A stretch of 64,000 nucleotides of DNA from Nitrospirales bacterium (GCA_963555755.3 OY820905.2:3744001-3808000), one strand, 5' to 3'. Shown: positions 9,970 to 20,303, counted from the stretch's first letter. The notes: generated by a model from the letters alone, not told the origin. Made by a program: numbers and translations.

Positions 9970-11574
9970 GTGAGTAAGGAATCGGTTCAATTAGAAATCT
10001 ACGATACGACGCTTCGGGACGGCGCACAGGCAGAGGATGTGAGCTTTTCCGTGGAAGATAAAATTCGCATCGCGCAAAAATTGGATGAATTGGGGATTCA
10101 TTTCATCGAAGGGGGTTGGCCTGGTGCCAATCCGCGGGATATTGAATTTTTCCAGAAGATCAAGGCCATCCCGCTGCAGCATGCCAAGATTGTGGCCTTT
10201 GGGTCCACACGAAAGGCGGGAAATGCGGTGGATGACGACCCAACCCTCAAGGCTCTCCTCGATGCCGACACGCGGCTTATTACCATTTTTGGCAAGAGTT
10301 GGACGTTGCATGTGACGGATGCCTTGGGCACCACGTTGGAGAGTAATTTAGAATTAATCCAAGACTCCATTGTCTATCTTCGTTCACACGGAAAATCGGT
10401 GTTTTACGATGCCGAGCACTTTTTCGATGGGTTTAAGGCAGATCCAGAATATGCGCTGGAGACCGTGCTGCGTGCTGTCGAGGGAGGAGCCGAACGCATT
10501 ATTTTGTGCGATTCTAATGGCGGGACCATGCCCTGGGAAATTGAAGACATCTGGTCGAAAGTCCAAGACATCTGCCAAGTTCCACTGGGTATCCATGCCC
10601 ATAACGATGCGGACATGGCCGTGGCGAATACACTTGTTGCCGTCAAAATGGGCGCGCGGCAAGTCCAAGGTACGATGAACGGCATTGGGGAGCGGTGCGG
10701 GAATGTTAATTTGTGTTCGGTTGTAGCCAATCTTGAATTAAAGATGAATAAGCCGGTCTTGGGTGAAGGCAGGTTACAGCACCTTCGCAATGTCTCTCTC
10801 TATGTGTCGGAGATTGCGAATTTGTTGCCGAATAAGCGTCAGGCGTATATTGGGGATGCGGCCTTTGCTCATAAGGGCGGGGTCCATATCCACGCTGTTC
10901 AAAAAAACCCGCTGACGTATGAGCATGTCCGACCAGAATTGGTTGGAAATCGGCAACGCATATTGGTATCCGATAGCACGGGACGAAGTGGCGTGGCCCA
11001 TAAGCTTGAGGAATATGGGGTGACTCTGTCTAGGGATCATCCCCGTGTGCAACAATTGTTGGCCCAACTCAAGGATCGTGAGCGGGATGGGTACCAATTC
11101 GAGGGCGCGGAGGGTTCCTTTGAACTCATGGTACGGGAAGCGTTGGGCACGCATCGGCCCGCCTTTGAATTACTCGGGCTGCGAGTCATTGTCGAAAAAC
11201 GTGATGCCAATGAAGACCCGACCACGGAAGCCACTATTAAGGTCAAAGTGGGTCATGTCGTTGAGCATACGGCTGCCGTGGGGGATGGTCCGGTTAATGC
11301 CATTGACAACGCCCTCCGTAAAGCCTTGGAGAAGTTTTACCCAGAATTGCGAGAAGTTGAATTGCTCGATTATAAAGTCCGTGTCTTAGCGGGGAATCAC
11401 GGGACGGAATCGAAAGTTCGAGTGCTCATTGAATCGGGCGATCATAAGTCGAAATGGGGAACCGTCGGAGTCTCGGAAAATATCATTGAAGCTAGTTGGC
11501 AGGCTTTGGCTGACAGCATTGAGTATAAACTCCTCAATCGAGATCAGAAGCCCGAGGATTCCCATGGTGCTTGA
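9970..11574 (+). CDS. cimA: Citramalate synthase
   Basis: YDTTLRDGAQ, EGGWPGANP, DAEHFFDG, HAHND, AFAHKGGVH and WGTVGVSENII. Confidence 0.92.
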   Translation: MSKESVQLEIYDTTLRDGAQAEDVSFSVEDKIRIAQKLDELGIHFIEGGWPGANPRDIEFFQKIKAIPLQHAKIVAFGSTRKAGNAVDDDPTLKALLDADTRLITIFGKSWTLHVTDALGTTLESNLELIQDSIVYLRSHGKSVFYDAEHFFDGFKADPEYALETVLRAVEGGAERIILCDSNGGTMPWEIEDIWSKVQDICQVPLGIHAHNDADMAVANTLVAVKMGARQVQGTMNGIGERCGNVNLCSVVANLELKMNKPVLGEGRLQHLRNVSLYVSEIANLLPNKRQAYIGDAAFAHKGGVHIHAVQKNPLTYEHVRPELVGNRQRILVSDSTGRSGVAHKLEEYGVTLSRDHPRVQQLLAQLKDRERDGYQFEGAEGSFELMVREALGTHRPAFELLGLRVIVEKRDANEDPTTEATIKVKVGHVVEHTAAVGDGPVNAIDNALRKALEKFYPELREVELLDYKVRVLAGNHGTESKVRVLIESGDHKSKWGTVGVSENIIEASWQALADSIEYKLLNRDQKPEDSHGA

Positions 11575-11692
11575 TTTTACACGTATTTTCCTTGACAATC
11601 CGGCTCTCTCTCGATACCGTGCTGGGAAAATTCTGGCGTTTTACGCCAGAAGTGTCATCCCTAAGGATACGAACCCTTCGTGAGGAGTCCCG

Positions 11693-11968
11693 ATGCGAAA
11701 AGCCGATATTGCCAACGAGATTTGCGAAAAGGTTGGGGCGTCGAAAGCCGAGTCCATGGAACTTGTTGAATATGTCCTGGATGCGATTAAGTCCGTGCTA
11801 AAGAATGGTGAACCTGTCAAGATCGCTGGTTTTGGGAACTTCATGGTTCGAAGCAAGGGCGAGCGCAAGGGACGAAATCCTCGGACCGGTGAGGAAATTG
11901 CCATTAGTCCCAGGCGAGTGGTGACATTTCGGGCTAGCCAAATTTTTAAAAAATACGTGAATTCCTAG
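11693..11968 (+). CDS. ihfA: Integration host factor alpha subunit
   Basis: VKIAGFGNF and GRNPRTGE..ISPRRVVTFRAS; ihfA-merR-tRNA-Pro synteny. Confidence 0.88.
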   Translation: MRKADIANEICEKVGASKAESMELVEYVLDAIKSVLKNGEPVKIAGFGNFMVRSKGERKGRNPRTGEEIAISPRRVVTFRASQIFKKYVNS

Positions 11969-12152
11969 TCACTCCTTAGGTTTGCTTCAATTTTGGCTCA
12001 GGACAAGGCGCAAGAAGCGCAGAACCGGAGCGTATTGGGAATACGTGAGGGCGCACGGTGCGAAGAGCACCACGTTTGTGCGCGCCGAAGGCTTGCGAGC
12101 ACCACAGTAATGCCGTCATGAGACAAAAGGGAAGTGACCTGAGGAGTGACGA
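11966..12152. mobile_element. MITE with TAGTCACTCC TIRs and TTCC duplication at the ihfA stop codon
   Basis: tagtcactccttaggt ... acctgaggagtgacga; TTCC at 11962-11965 and 12153-12156. Confidence 0.7.
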
Positions 12153-12204
12153 TTCCTAACGGAAACTCCTGCTGTGTCCGGGATTGACATGGAGGTCTTT
12201 GGGA

Positions 12205-12576
12205 ATGAAAATTGAGCTCAAGTACGACGACAAGTCGTTTTTTAAAATTGGCGAGGTGAGTGCGCTCACGAAGTTGCCTGCCTCCGTCCTCAGGTTTTGG
12301 GAATCAGAGTTTAGTTTTCTGCGCCCTCGAAAAAGCCAGGGACGTCATCGTGTCTATGATCGCCAATCGATAGAAACGGTGTTGGAAATTAAGCGAATGC
12401 TCTACGAAGAGGGGTATACCATTATGGGGCTCAAACGGTTTTGGCGACGGCGTCGAAGCCAGCCCCAAACAGAGGTTCCCGCAGACAAGGTCGAGCAGGT
12501 TCGACACGAACTTCAGGACATTTTAGGGATTTTAAATTCATATAGTGTGAAGTCGGGCGAAGTGAGCGTTTCCTAG
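12205..12576 (+). CDS. MerR-family HTH transcriptional regulator
   Basis: FKIGEVS...VLRFWESEF..L.P.K..G.HRVY...IK.MLYEEGYTI.G; ATG at 12205 with GGAGG upstream. Confidence 0.9.
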   Translation: MKIELKYDDKSFFKIGEVSALTKLPASVLRFWESEFSFLRPRKSQGRHRVYDRQSIETVLEIKRMLYEEGYTIMGLKRFWRRRRSQPQTEVPADKVEQVRHELQDILGILNSYSVKSGEVSVS

Positions 12577-12577
12577 T

Positions 12578-12840
12578 AGGGACCTGTTGAAAAAGCCCGC
12601 CAGCGGCGTTCTTTGTAGACGTGAACCGTGATACGTGAAGCGGAAGAGTCCTTTTGACTTTTACCTTCTTGTTTCCTTACTCATCACGCGTCACCCATTA
12701 CGAATTAGGCCTTGCTGGGCGGCCATTGTGAACCGGTCCCTGGTAGTGCAGATCTGGAGTCCTGATCGAGACACGAGTTGCTGGGCAGGCTGTTCAAAAA
12801 GGTCCGAGAACGCCGCTGGTGGCCCTTATCAACAGCCTGC
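12578..12840. repeat. Two degenerate family-A MITE shells (12578-12741 with heptamer-repeat interior; 12785-12840 internally deleted)
   Basis: agggacctgttgaaaaag...gaaccggtccct; gcaggctgttcaaaaagg...tcaacagcctgc. Confidence 0.6.
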
Positions 12841-12848
12841 TATGGTGT

Positions 12849-12925
12849 CGGGGCGTAGCGCAACCCGGTAGCGCACTCGCTTGGGGTGCGAGAGGTCGGC
12901 CGTTCAAATCGGCTCGCCCCGACCA
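12849..12925 (+). tRNA. tRNA-Pro (GGG)
   Basis: CGGGGCG/CGCCCCG acceptor stem, CTCGC-TTGGGGT-GCGAG anticodon arm, GTTCAAATC T loop, encoded CCA. Confidence 0.96.
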
Positions 12926-13215
12926 CATATTTCCCCACTGTTCGACCAAGATTCAGCTGCTGAATGCGTGAGTGGCGATTTCTCCTTCTTTACATGATTC
13001 AGGTATCTCGTCGTTTGTATTTCGTATCTCGTGAAAAAATGAAGTGGGAGATGTGAGCGAGGCCTTTCGCGGTTTTACGAAATATAGTGTTTTACCCTTC
13101 AATGAAGACATCTTAAAAATCCCTCGCCCCCATGGAATGGGGGAATGGGGGAGAGGGCAAGGGTGAGGGGGTCTTAACGAATGGTTAACACACTATACGA
13201 ACGACGAGATACGTA

Positions 13216-13470
13216 TTACGCTTGCAGGTCATCCTCTTCTTCTATGAAATCTTCGCTTTCCGGCATGCCGTAGGCCACAAATTTGGCATAGGAAAGATAA
13301 ATGCCACTGCTATCAGCCATGGCCTTGGTTCCAGCCGTCATGCGCTCCAGTTTCTTGACATCGCTCCCTTCGCCCGATTGCAGAGAAACCAAGTACTCGT
13401 GTAAGACATCATTGTAGCGTTGCATCGATTGCTCGACTTCCAAATAGGCCTGCATTATCTGTTCTTTCAT
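13216..13470 (-). CDS. Small acidic hypothetical protein
   Basis: Clean ORF; RBS AAGGAG upstream of ATG 13470. Confidence 0.7.
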   Translation of the reverse strand: MKEQIMQAYLEVEQSMQRYNDVLHEYLVSLQSGEGSDVKKLERMTAGTKAMADSSGIYLSYAKFVAYGMPESEDFIEEEDDLQA

Positions 13471-13553
13471 TGGTAACACTCCTTATCAAAATCAGAAAGT
13501 CACCATACACAAGGCTCTGAGGTCGGTCAACTGAATGCGTTGATATCCAAAAT

Positions 13554-13778
13554 GGGGATGTTGAAAAAGGGCGTCAGTCTTCGCCAAGGCTACGGCAGAC
13601 AAGCCAGCGGCGTTCTCGGCCCTTTGTCGTGCTCACGTACTTTCGTACGCTCCGCGCGCCAAAGTGCCTGCGGCCTTGCTGAGCGCATCTTTTTGAACAT
13701 CCCCTGTTGGTCTTGAGGTTTCATTGAACGGTCACATGCGAACGGCAATATAGTAATTTTTAATTATTGAATAGCCCA
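13554..13778. mobile_element. Family-A MITE, long form, probable AAAAT TSD
   Basis: GGGGATGTTGAAAAA...TTTTTGAACATCCCC plus extension; homologous to 46925-47153 and 54131-54356. Confidence 0.75.
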
Positions 13779-13841
13779 AAAATTTATTGTGGTCTGCCAT
13801 ACAGAAAAACTGGGACGACTGGTGTAGGGTAGGTCGTCTAA

Positions 13842-14020
13842 GGACCTGAGAGAACATAACTTGGACATCTCGCATCCAATCTTTGGGCCATCTTTGAACG
13901 GGCCTCAATCGAAAAACCCTCAACATAGCTGTGCTATGCCTCGGGATTTTCTCAATCGTTCCGTCCAAATCCGACCCAAATCTTGGCGCGATAGTGTCCA
14001 AGTTATGTTCTCTAAGGTCC
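13842..14020. mobile_element. Family-B MITE (179 bp, GGACCTGAGAGAA TIR, TAA TSD)
   Basis: Long TIRs; inverted copy of the same length at 40045-40223; TAA on both flanks. Confidence 0.85.
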
Positions 14021-14055
14021 TAATTGGGTGTGCAGCTGAATGAGGTGTTAATTCA

Positions 14056-14847
14056 ATGGACTGGGCGCTTTTTCTTTGGGCATGGTTGGTGACAACACCC
14101 ATAATGGTGGGGCTATGGTTGGCATATCGCTGGTACCACCGGAATGCGGCTTTGGCCGATGTAGGATTTTGTATGGGGTTTGGCCTTGTTGCCATTGGCT
14201 TAGGTCTGGTGACTGTGGGAGATGTGACGCATCGTATAGTGGTGGCGGTCATGGGCGCGGGGTATGCCTTTCGCCTCGGTGGGTATATTTTTCGTGTTCG
14301 TATTGTGAAAGCGACCGAAGACCCTCGCTATCAATCGCTTCGTGAAAAAATTGGAGGTCGAGCTGAATGGTGGTTGTTTGTGTATTTTATCGGCCAAGGG
14401 TTGGCTATCGCGGTACTGTCCGTACCTTTGCTGGTGCTCATGGCGAACCCCGAGGCCACCTGGAGTTTTTGGGAAATGGGAGGCATTCTTATTTGGGCAA
14501 TTGGTGTTGGTGGTGAAACGATAGCGGATGGTCAATTGAATCGCTTCCGACGACAATCTTCCAATCGAGGCAAAACCTGTAGGGAAGGTCTCTGGCGGTA
14601 TTCCCGACACCCCAATTATTTTTTTGAGGGCGTCCATTGGTGCGCGTATGTGGTCATGAGTGTTGGAATTTCTGATGGATGGCTGACCCTCGTTGGTCCC
14701 GTCCTCATGATCTGGGCTTTGCTCAAAGTGAGCGGGATTCCATTTGCCGAAGCGCAAGCCCTGGCCAGTCGCGGTGATGACTATCGTGACTATCAACGAA
14801 CCACCAATGCGTTTATCCCGTGGTTTCCCAAAGAGGCCAATCGTTGA
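14056..14847 (+). CDS. DUF1295 / steroid 5-alpha-reductase-like membrane protein
   Basis: EDPRY, ETIADGQL..F, GLWRYSRHPNYFFE and VSGIP..E; multiple TM segments. Confidence 0.9.
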   Translation: MDWALFLWAWLVTTPIMVGLWLAYRWYHRNAALADVGFCMGFGLVAIGLGLVTVGDVTHRIVVAVMGAGYAFRLGGYIFRVRIVKATEDPRYQSLREKIGGRAEWWLFVYFIGQGLAIAVLSVPLLVLMANPEATWSFWEMGGILIWAIGVGGETIADGQLNRFRRQSSNRGKTCREGLWRYSRHPNYFFEGVHWCAYVVMSVGISDGWLTLVGPVLMIWALLKVSGIPFAEAQALASRGDDYRDYQRTTNAFIPWFPKEANR

Positions 14848-14937
14848 GCGGTGAAGAAAAAGAGGACGCTACCCTTTACATGTCACTAAGAATGATTGAC
14901 CTGGTTAGCGGAAGGGAATGAACGATCAGTCCCTCTC

Positions 14938-15057
14938 TGTCATTTCGAGTGGAAGGAGAAATCTCTGTGTTGAGGGTGGACCGCCTGTCCCAGCGTGGCG
15001 GGAACGGCGAGATTTCTCCCAAGGGTGGAAATGACAAACGGGGGGCCTCAGAGTGAC
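14938..15057. repeat. GTCATTTCGA-type palindromic REP-like pair
   Basis: tgtcatttcgagtggaaggagaaatct ... agatttctcccaagggtggaaatgaca; cleaner copy at 20147-20217. Confidence 0.7.
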
Positions 15058-15093
15058 AACAAGCTGGATCGTGCAGAAAAGTTAGGTATAACT

Positions 15094-15408
15094 CTATTCG
15101 CTTGACTGTTCAGGCAAAAGGTGAGATCCAACATCCATGCTGGCGTGAGGGATGCCGATGATTTCTATGATAGTGTCCGTGACTCTGTAGAAAATTATAT
15201 GCTTTCCTTCGGGAAGGCTTCTGTAATCTTTCAGTATGTCAGGTCTTGATCGTCCCAGATAGGGAGTTTTCACCAAATCATGGAATGTTTTTTCAAACTG
15301 GAAAACATATTTCTCGGCCTGCTGCTCGCCCCATCTTTCGAATGTGTACCGCCATATTTCTTGTAAATCATTCTTGGCAGCGGGCGTCAGCTTATAGTCA
15401 TTGGGCAT
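15094..15408 (-). CDS. parE: ParE/RelE-family toxin
   Basis: YKLTPAAKNDLQEIWRYT.E.WG..QA..Y; HIIFYR. Confidence 0.9.
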   Translation of the reverse strand: MPNDYKLTPAAKNDLQEIWRYTFERWGEQQAEKYVFQFEKTFHDLVKTPYLGRSRPDILKDYRSLPEGKHIIFYRVTDTIIEIIGIPHASMDVGSHLLPEQSSE

Positions 15409-15658
15409 TATGCTCTTGTTTGGCTTCTTCTATAATCTTCGAGATGGACTGATCAACGAATTCACCACGGTCGGCCTGCTCTGCCCCAACAGCTAGTTTC
15501 GTGCGAAGTTTCTCCAGCTTCATCTGATAGATCAACTCTTCGTGAGTTTCCATGAAGCGCAATGCTTCACGAATCACCTCACTCGCGTTGTTATAGAGAC
15601 CGGTTTGAACTTTTGATTTGACGATTTTTTCAAGCTCCGGTGTGAGTGATATATGCAT
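15398..15658 (-). CDS. parD: ParD-family (CC2985-like) antitoxin
   Basis: MHISLTPELE...V.TGLYNNASEVIREALR; overlaps the toxin gene. Confidence 0.9.
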   Translation of the reverse strand: MHISLTPELEKIVKSKVQTGLYNNASEVIREALRFMETHEELIYQMKLEKLRTKLAVGAEQADRGEFVDQSISKIIEEAKQEHNAQ

Positions 15659-15869
15659 GATGCAACCCTCCTATGTTTCATAGTGTGAGCAATGATACAA
15701 TGATTGTCAAAGTTTGTATTATTTAAAGAGTCACAGATGGGTGGAGACAGACTCGTTGCACCACTCCTGTTTCAGGATAGTTGTCGTGTCGGTTATGTTA
15801 AAAGTAGAACCACGGGGGTTTCTAGTTTTCACTGCTGTTTTAAGGTTCCGGCAAGTGTAAGACAACTTC

Positions 15870-16035
15870 CCTTAGGGTTCGCGCAAGAATTACTTCCCAT
15901 GGTAGGCGTCGATCCATCCCGTCTGGCGGCGTTGCTCGTCCTTTCCATACGAGGAGTATGCGCAATCCTCGCGCCATACCAGACAGGTGTCTCAGCACCC
16001 AAACATCTGAAGTAATTCTTGCGCGAACCCTAAGG
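15870..16035. mobile_element. MITE with perfect 27-bp TIRs
   Basis: ccttagggttcgcgcaagaattacttc / gaagtaattcttgcgcgaaccctaagg. Confidence 0.8.
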
Positions 16036-16115
16036 AGATTTATCTACGCGCGGGCCGGATTCAAAGAGACGAAATTCCATCGGAAATTCAAACATACATA
16101 ATATGGGGTGGATGA

Positions 16116-16820
16116 ATGGCTTTGGTTTTAATGAAGGGACAGGAAGTCTGGTTTTTGAATCGCTGGAAGAAACGGAACCATGTTGGGTCCGGCCGTGGGC
16201 GTATTGCTGCGATTACGGTCGCCATCCTAGTCTCTCTCGGGCCGATATTGGCACAGGCGCAGGATAAAATTTCTGACGAGGTGGCTGTTGCGGTCTCTCG
16301 TGGCCGAGTATTGGGTATTACTAGTGGAGGCGGGTTTGTCAGAGCGCGTCTGAGCGCTGGAGAAACCGTGCTCTTGACCGAATCAAAAGGCATCAACGCT
16401 TTGGTGCAAACGTCTGACCGATTGCTGGGGTTTTCCGGCCCAGTGCAGAGATGGAGAGAGCAACGATTGGATATCTCCGAGAGCGTGCAGAAAACCCAAG
16501 TCACCTCACGGTTGATTTTTGTCCGGACTGATAAGCGGCTGTATGGCTTTCAAGGCCCCATCGGTCGGTGGAAGGTGCAGGATCTCGGTGTTCAAGAAGA
16601 GCATCTCCAGACAGTCGTACAAAATCACATTGCCGTGGTCGTGACCGACCGACGGGTGTTAGGTTTCTCTACGTTTACCGGCGGGTTTTTCGCTGAAGAT
16701 TTATCCAATGATGAAACGATCGAACATGTCGAGGCTAATGATAACATCATTGTGTTGTTCACCTCGTCCCGAAAACTCATCTTTCGTTCGCGCTTAGCCG
16801 TGTGGGCGGAAACTCGATAA
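16116..16820 (+). CDS. Exported hypothetical protein with ~38-aa internal repeats (true start may lie downstream)
   Basis: Signal-like IAAITVAILVSLGPILAQA; repeated VxTxxRLxGF motif. Confidence 0.7.
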   Translation: MALVLMKGQEVWFLNRWKKRNHVGSGRGRIAAITVAILVSLGPILAQAQDKISDEVAVAVSRGRVLGITSGGGFVRARLSAGETVLLTESKGINALVQTSDRLLGFSGPVQRWREQRLDISESVQKTQVTSRLIFVRTDKRLYGFQGPIGRWKVQDLGVQEEHLQTVVQNHIAVVVTDRRVLGFSTFTGGFFAEDLSNDETIEHVEANDNIIVLFTSSRKLIFRSRLAVWAETR

Positions 16821-17102
16821 AGGGCTGGACGTCCTTTTTTAATTGCCCCTAAAATTTGAGTACTTTTTCCCTTCTGTCATCCCCGACATCCCTAATCGGG
16901 GATACAGGTTTTTCCTTGTGTCATTTCGACCCCTTCTACCAATCATAGGTAGCTAATGCAACCGCTCCAGTTCTGGCTCCCTCATGCCCGATATCCTTTA
17001 TCGGGAATCCAGATTTCCTCTGGCAATGAATAGTCTTGGCAAGTTCAGAGCTGTGCGGGGTGTGGTTTTGGTAGGAATTATCTTGCAATGACAAGAGAGG
17101 TC

Positions 17103-17327
17103 TCAGGCATACATATACACGGGAGCGTGTTTGTGTGGCTTCATGGGTTGCTCTATCAATTCTTCCAAATGCCGGATAGTGTTGGGTGCGAGGAGGGTGT
17201 CGGAACAGACGTCACAGACTTCTGCGGGAACTCGTTCAAAAACAAGGACGTCCTCTCCGCGTTTCAGAGTGTGAACGATGAGGCGTTCCTCATAGTTTCC
17301 TGGGCATCCTTGAACACTGCATTGCAT
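17103..17327 (-). CDS. YgiT-type zinc-finger protein (TA-associated)
   Basis: MQCSVQGC...VFERVPAEVCDVCSDTLL. Confidence 0.85.
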   Translation of the reverse strand: MQCSVQGCPGNYEERLIVHTLKRGEDVLVFERVPAEVCDVCSDTLLAPNTIRHLEELIEQPMKPHKHAPVYMYA

Positions 17328-17329
17328 GT

Positions 17330-17665
17330 TTATTTTCCTCTTTGGAAAGGCGTCACCCATTTAGGCGCGCGTGGTTCATAAACCGTGATGATTATCGCAT
17401 GTTCAAGCGTTGTTGTACACACGACATGTACGTATCTTCCATGTGACGTTTGCTTGCAAATCAAACAGCAGGGACCCCGACGGTGTTCCGCATAATTTTC
17501 CACGAACGTGGCATCAAGAAGGACCTCCAGGATCTCCTCAAGGGAAATATCTTCCTCCACCATCTCCTGATGTCCGTGAAGAGTGATCCGAAGCTTGTCA
17601 GTTTCGGCTTGCCGTCGCAACTGCGCCAATATCGCGTCGGGATCCTGGGTATCAATGTCGGTCAT
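17330..17665 (-). CDS. DUF4258 protein (putative toxin)
   Basis: ITLHGHQEM.E..I, ENY...RGPCCLI, HVVC and IITVYEP....W; paired with YgiT finger. Confidence 0.85.
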   Translation of the reverse strand: MTDIDTQDPDAILAQLRRQAETDKLRITLHGHQEMVEEDISLEEILEVLLDATFVENYAEHRRGPCCLICKQTSHGRYVHVVCTTTLEHAIIITVYEPRAPKWVTPFQRGK

Positions 17666-17782
17666 GGTTACAAAAAGACGCGGAGAATTTAATGGTCTTC
17701 ACACATGGAGCCAAGGAAATCAAATTTTGTCAGCGAGTCTACCACAAGTTGGATGAATAAGCCGTGATTCCTAATTTTGCAG

Positions 17783-19686
17783 CAGGGCTATTTCATATTA
17801 AAGTGTAACTTTATAGATAATAAGGAATAATCGATTTAGGCTGGCTTTTTCTTTTCGTTTACGGCATACTCTTTTGCATGCCAGACGAATCGCCAAGCGG
17901 ACAGCCGGACATTGATCTGAGGCAAGTCGTGGTTCGCCCAATTGTCCGAGACGAAAAGGACGCCTTCAAGACCCTTCTCGACAGACACCACTACCTCGGT
18001 CATGCCCCGCTGATTGGCCAATCGATACAATATCTCGCCTGTGTGCAGGATCGCTGGCTGGCCTTGCTGGTGTTTGCGGCGGCGGCCCTCAAATCGAGAC
18101 CGCGAGACCACTGGATCGGCTGGCCCCCCTGTTTTCAATGGCAACGACTCCATTTACTGGCCAACAACACCCGGTTTCTCATGCTGCCGGGCTGTTCGCA
18201 AAAGAACCTCGCCTCGAAAGTCCTGTCGCTCTGCGCGAAACGGATCTCGGCCGATTGGCAACTGTACCACGGCTACCCCTTGCTCCTCTTAGAGACCTTC
18301 GTCGATCCTGCCCGCTTCACCGGGACCTGCTATCGGGCCGCCGGGTGGCACGAGCTCGGTCTGACACGAGGGTTTCGCAAGTCGAACACGTGTTATGTTC
18401 AGCATGAGAGACCGAAGCGCATCCTAGTCGTGCGGCTGCATCCCCAAGCCCGAGAGATCCTTGCACGCCCGATGCTTGATCAGCCCTATCAGAAAGGAGA
18501 AGCGCCTCAGATGAGATTGAATACAAAACAGACGGACTCCCTCTTTACGTATGTGGTGCAGCTGACCGATCCCCGCCATTTGCAAGGGCAACGGCACACC
18601 CGACGCGCCCTCACGGCGATCATGTTCTGTGCCACCTTGTGCGGCGCGCGCGGCTATGAAGCGATCTCGGACTGGGCCCAGCAGTTATCGCAGCCGATGC
18701 GCAAGCGGCTAGGCTGTACTCAGCGAGGGGGGCGCTACCTCGTCCCGAGCCGCAGCACTCTTTACCGCTTTATCACGGCCGTCGACCCCTGTGAAGTCGA
18801 TACCCTGCTCGGCCGGTGGCTGGACACCTTCGGCGGGGAGGATCAGGGCATTGCCATTGATGGGAAGACCATGCGGGGGACGTCGAAGGTCCCAAGCGAA
18901 CAGACCCACGTCCTCAGCGCCGTCACCCATCAAGCCGGGCGCCACCTCACCCAAAAAAAGTTCACTCCAAGACCAATGAGATCCCCTGCGTGCGGCCCCT
19001 GTTAGATGCGCTCGAGATCGCAGGGAAGGTGATCACGGCGGATGCGCTCCTCACCCAGAAAGAGATTGCCGAGTACCTGGTGCACGAACGCGGCGCCGAC
19101 TTCGTCTTCACCGTCAAGGGAAACCAGCCCACCTTGAAGCACGACATTGAGGCCTTAGCGTTGCGAGCACGCCGGTGCGATTATGCCACCACCGAGAAAG
19201 GCCATGGGCAGATCACGACCCGCAGGATCTGGTGCGATGACTCCCTGAATGCCTATGTCAACTTTCCTCATGTCCAGCAAGTCTTCTGCATTGAGAGGGA
19301 AGTGACGCATCTCAAGCAGGGCCTCACGACCGTCGAAGCGGTCTGCGGTGTCACGAGTCAGTCCAAAGACAAGGCGGGGCCGAAGACCATCCTCTCGCAA
19401 AACCGAAAGCATTGGAGTGTGGAGAATAAGCAGCATTATGTGTTGGACGTCACCTTTGATGAAGACAGGAGTCAGATACGAAGTCTCAATGGCCCAATGG
19501 TCATGACCTGTCTGAGACGCTATGCCATCAGTCTCTTACGCCTGAAAGGCTACACCAATATCGCGCAGGCGTGTAGACTGCTCTGGGGCAAGCCCCATTT
19601 AGCCATCCGCATGGCCCTGCCCTGAAAAAGAGGGCACAAAAAACCTCATGGAATCCCTTGCTTATAAAAAGAATGAAATGGCCCTG
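17783..19686 (+). mobile_element. Complete ISAs1-family IS carrying a DUF4338/DruA-like domain
   Basis: TIRs CAGGGCTATTTCAT / ATGAAATGGCCCTG; 10-bp direct repeat AATTTTGCAG at 17773-17782 and 19687-19696. Confidence 0.92.
17878..19625 (+). CDS. DUF4338-ISAs1 DDE transposase, split by a -1 frameshift at A AAA AAG (18953-18960)
   Basis: N-part HHYLG, NNTRFL, LLETFVD..RF.GTCYRAAGW; DDE part DPR, AIDGKT.RG, KTNEIP (shifted frame), ITADALLTQ, VKGNQPTL, HWSVEN..HYVLDVTFDED. Confidence 0.88.
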
Positions 19687-19750
19687 AATTTTGCAGGGTG
19701 GGAATTGCTCACCTTTTAATTTTATGCGGGGGCGACACCCCACATTTAAA

Positions 19751-20303
19751 CCTAGAAACAGCAGTTGGATCACAAAAGTCCGCGTAAGCTCTTGACGCAA
19801 CCTAGGAGCCTGTCCAAGATTAGACTGATCAACTGTGGGTGTGCTGGAGGTGGCCAGATCTTCCGATCCTTTTCGGGGAATGTTGAAAAAGACCGCCAGC
19901 TGCGTTCTCGGGCTTTTGGTGTGCTCACGTACTCCGTGTACGCTCCGCGCGCCAAAACCCCTGCGGCCTTGCTGGATGGCCTTTTTGAACATTCCCCGTT
20001 TTCGTTAAATAGTCACCACTATTCGCCTCAAACGATCGAAACATCTGACTCAAACCAGCACCCCCTCGTCACGATCGCAAATCTTGGACAGGCACCTCGC
20101 AAAATAAAAAAAGTCTCATCACCACCAGAGATTACCCCCCCACTCTTGTCATTTCGACCCTTGGGAGAAATCTGTGGTTCGGCAGAAGGGAGATTTCTCC
20201 CAAGGGTCGAAATGACAGCCCCGAGGTGACTACGACTTTTTTTATTTCACCATGCACGCCAATATCTTACACGTCTTTTTTGCGCCCAACTGCCGTTTCT
20301 AGG
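19751..20303. mobile_element. Family-C MITE (CCTAGAAAC TIR, TTAAA TSD) expanded by nested insertions
   Basis: Aligns to the 163-bp copies at 34423-34585 and 62837-62999 once 19804-20097 and ~20130-20221 are removed. Confidence 0.85.

Noticed and set aside
12849..20303. tRNA-Pro-anchored genomic island or prophage
   Set aside because: No integrase, phage genes or duplicated tRNA 3' end found
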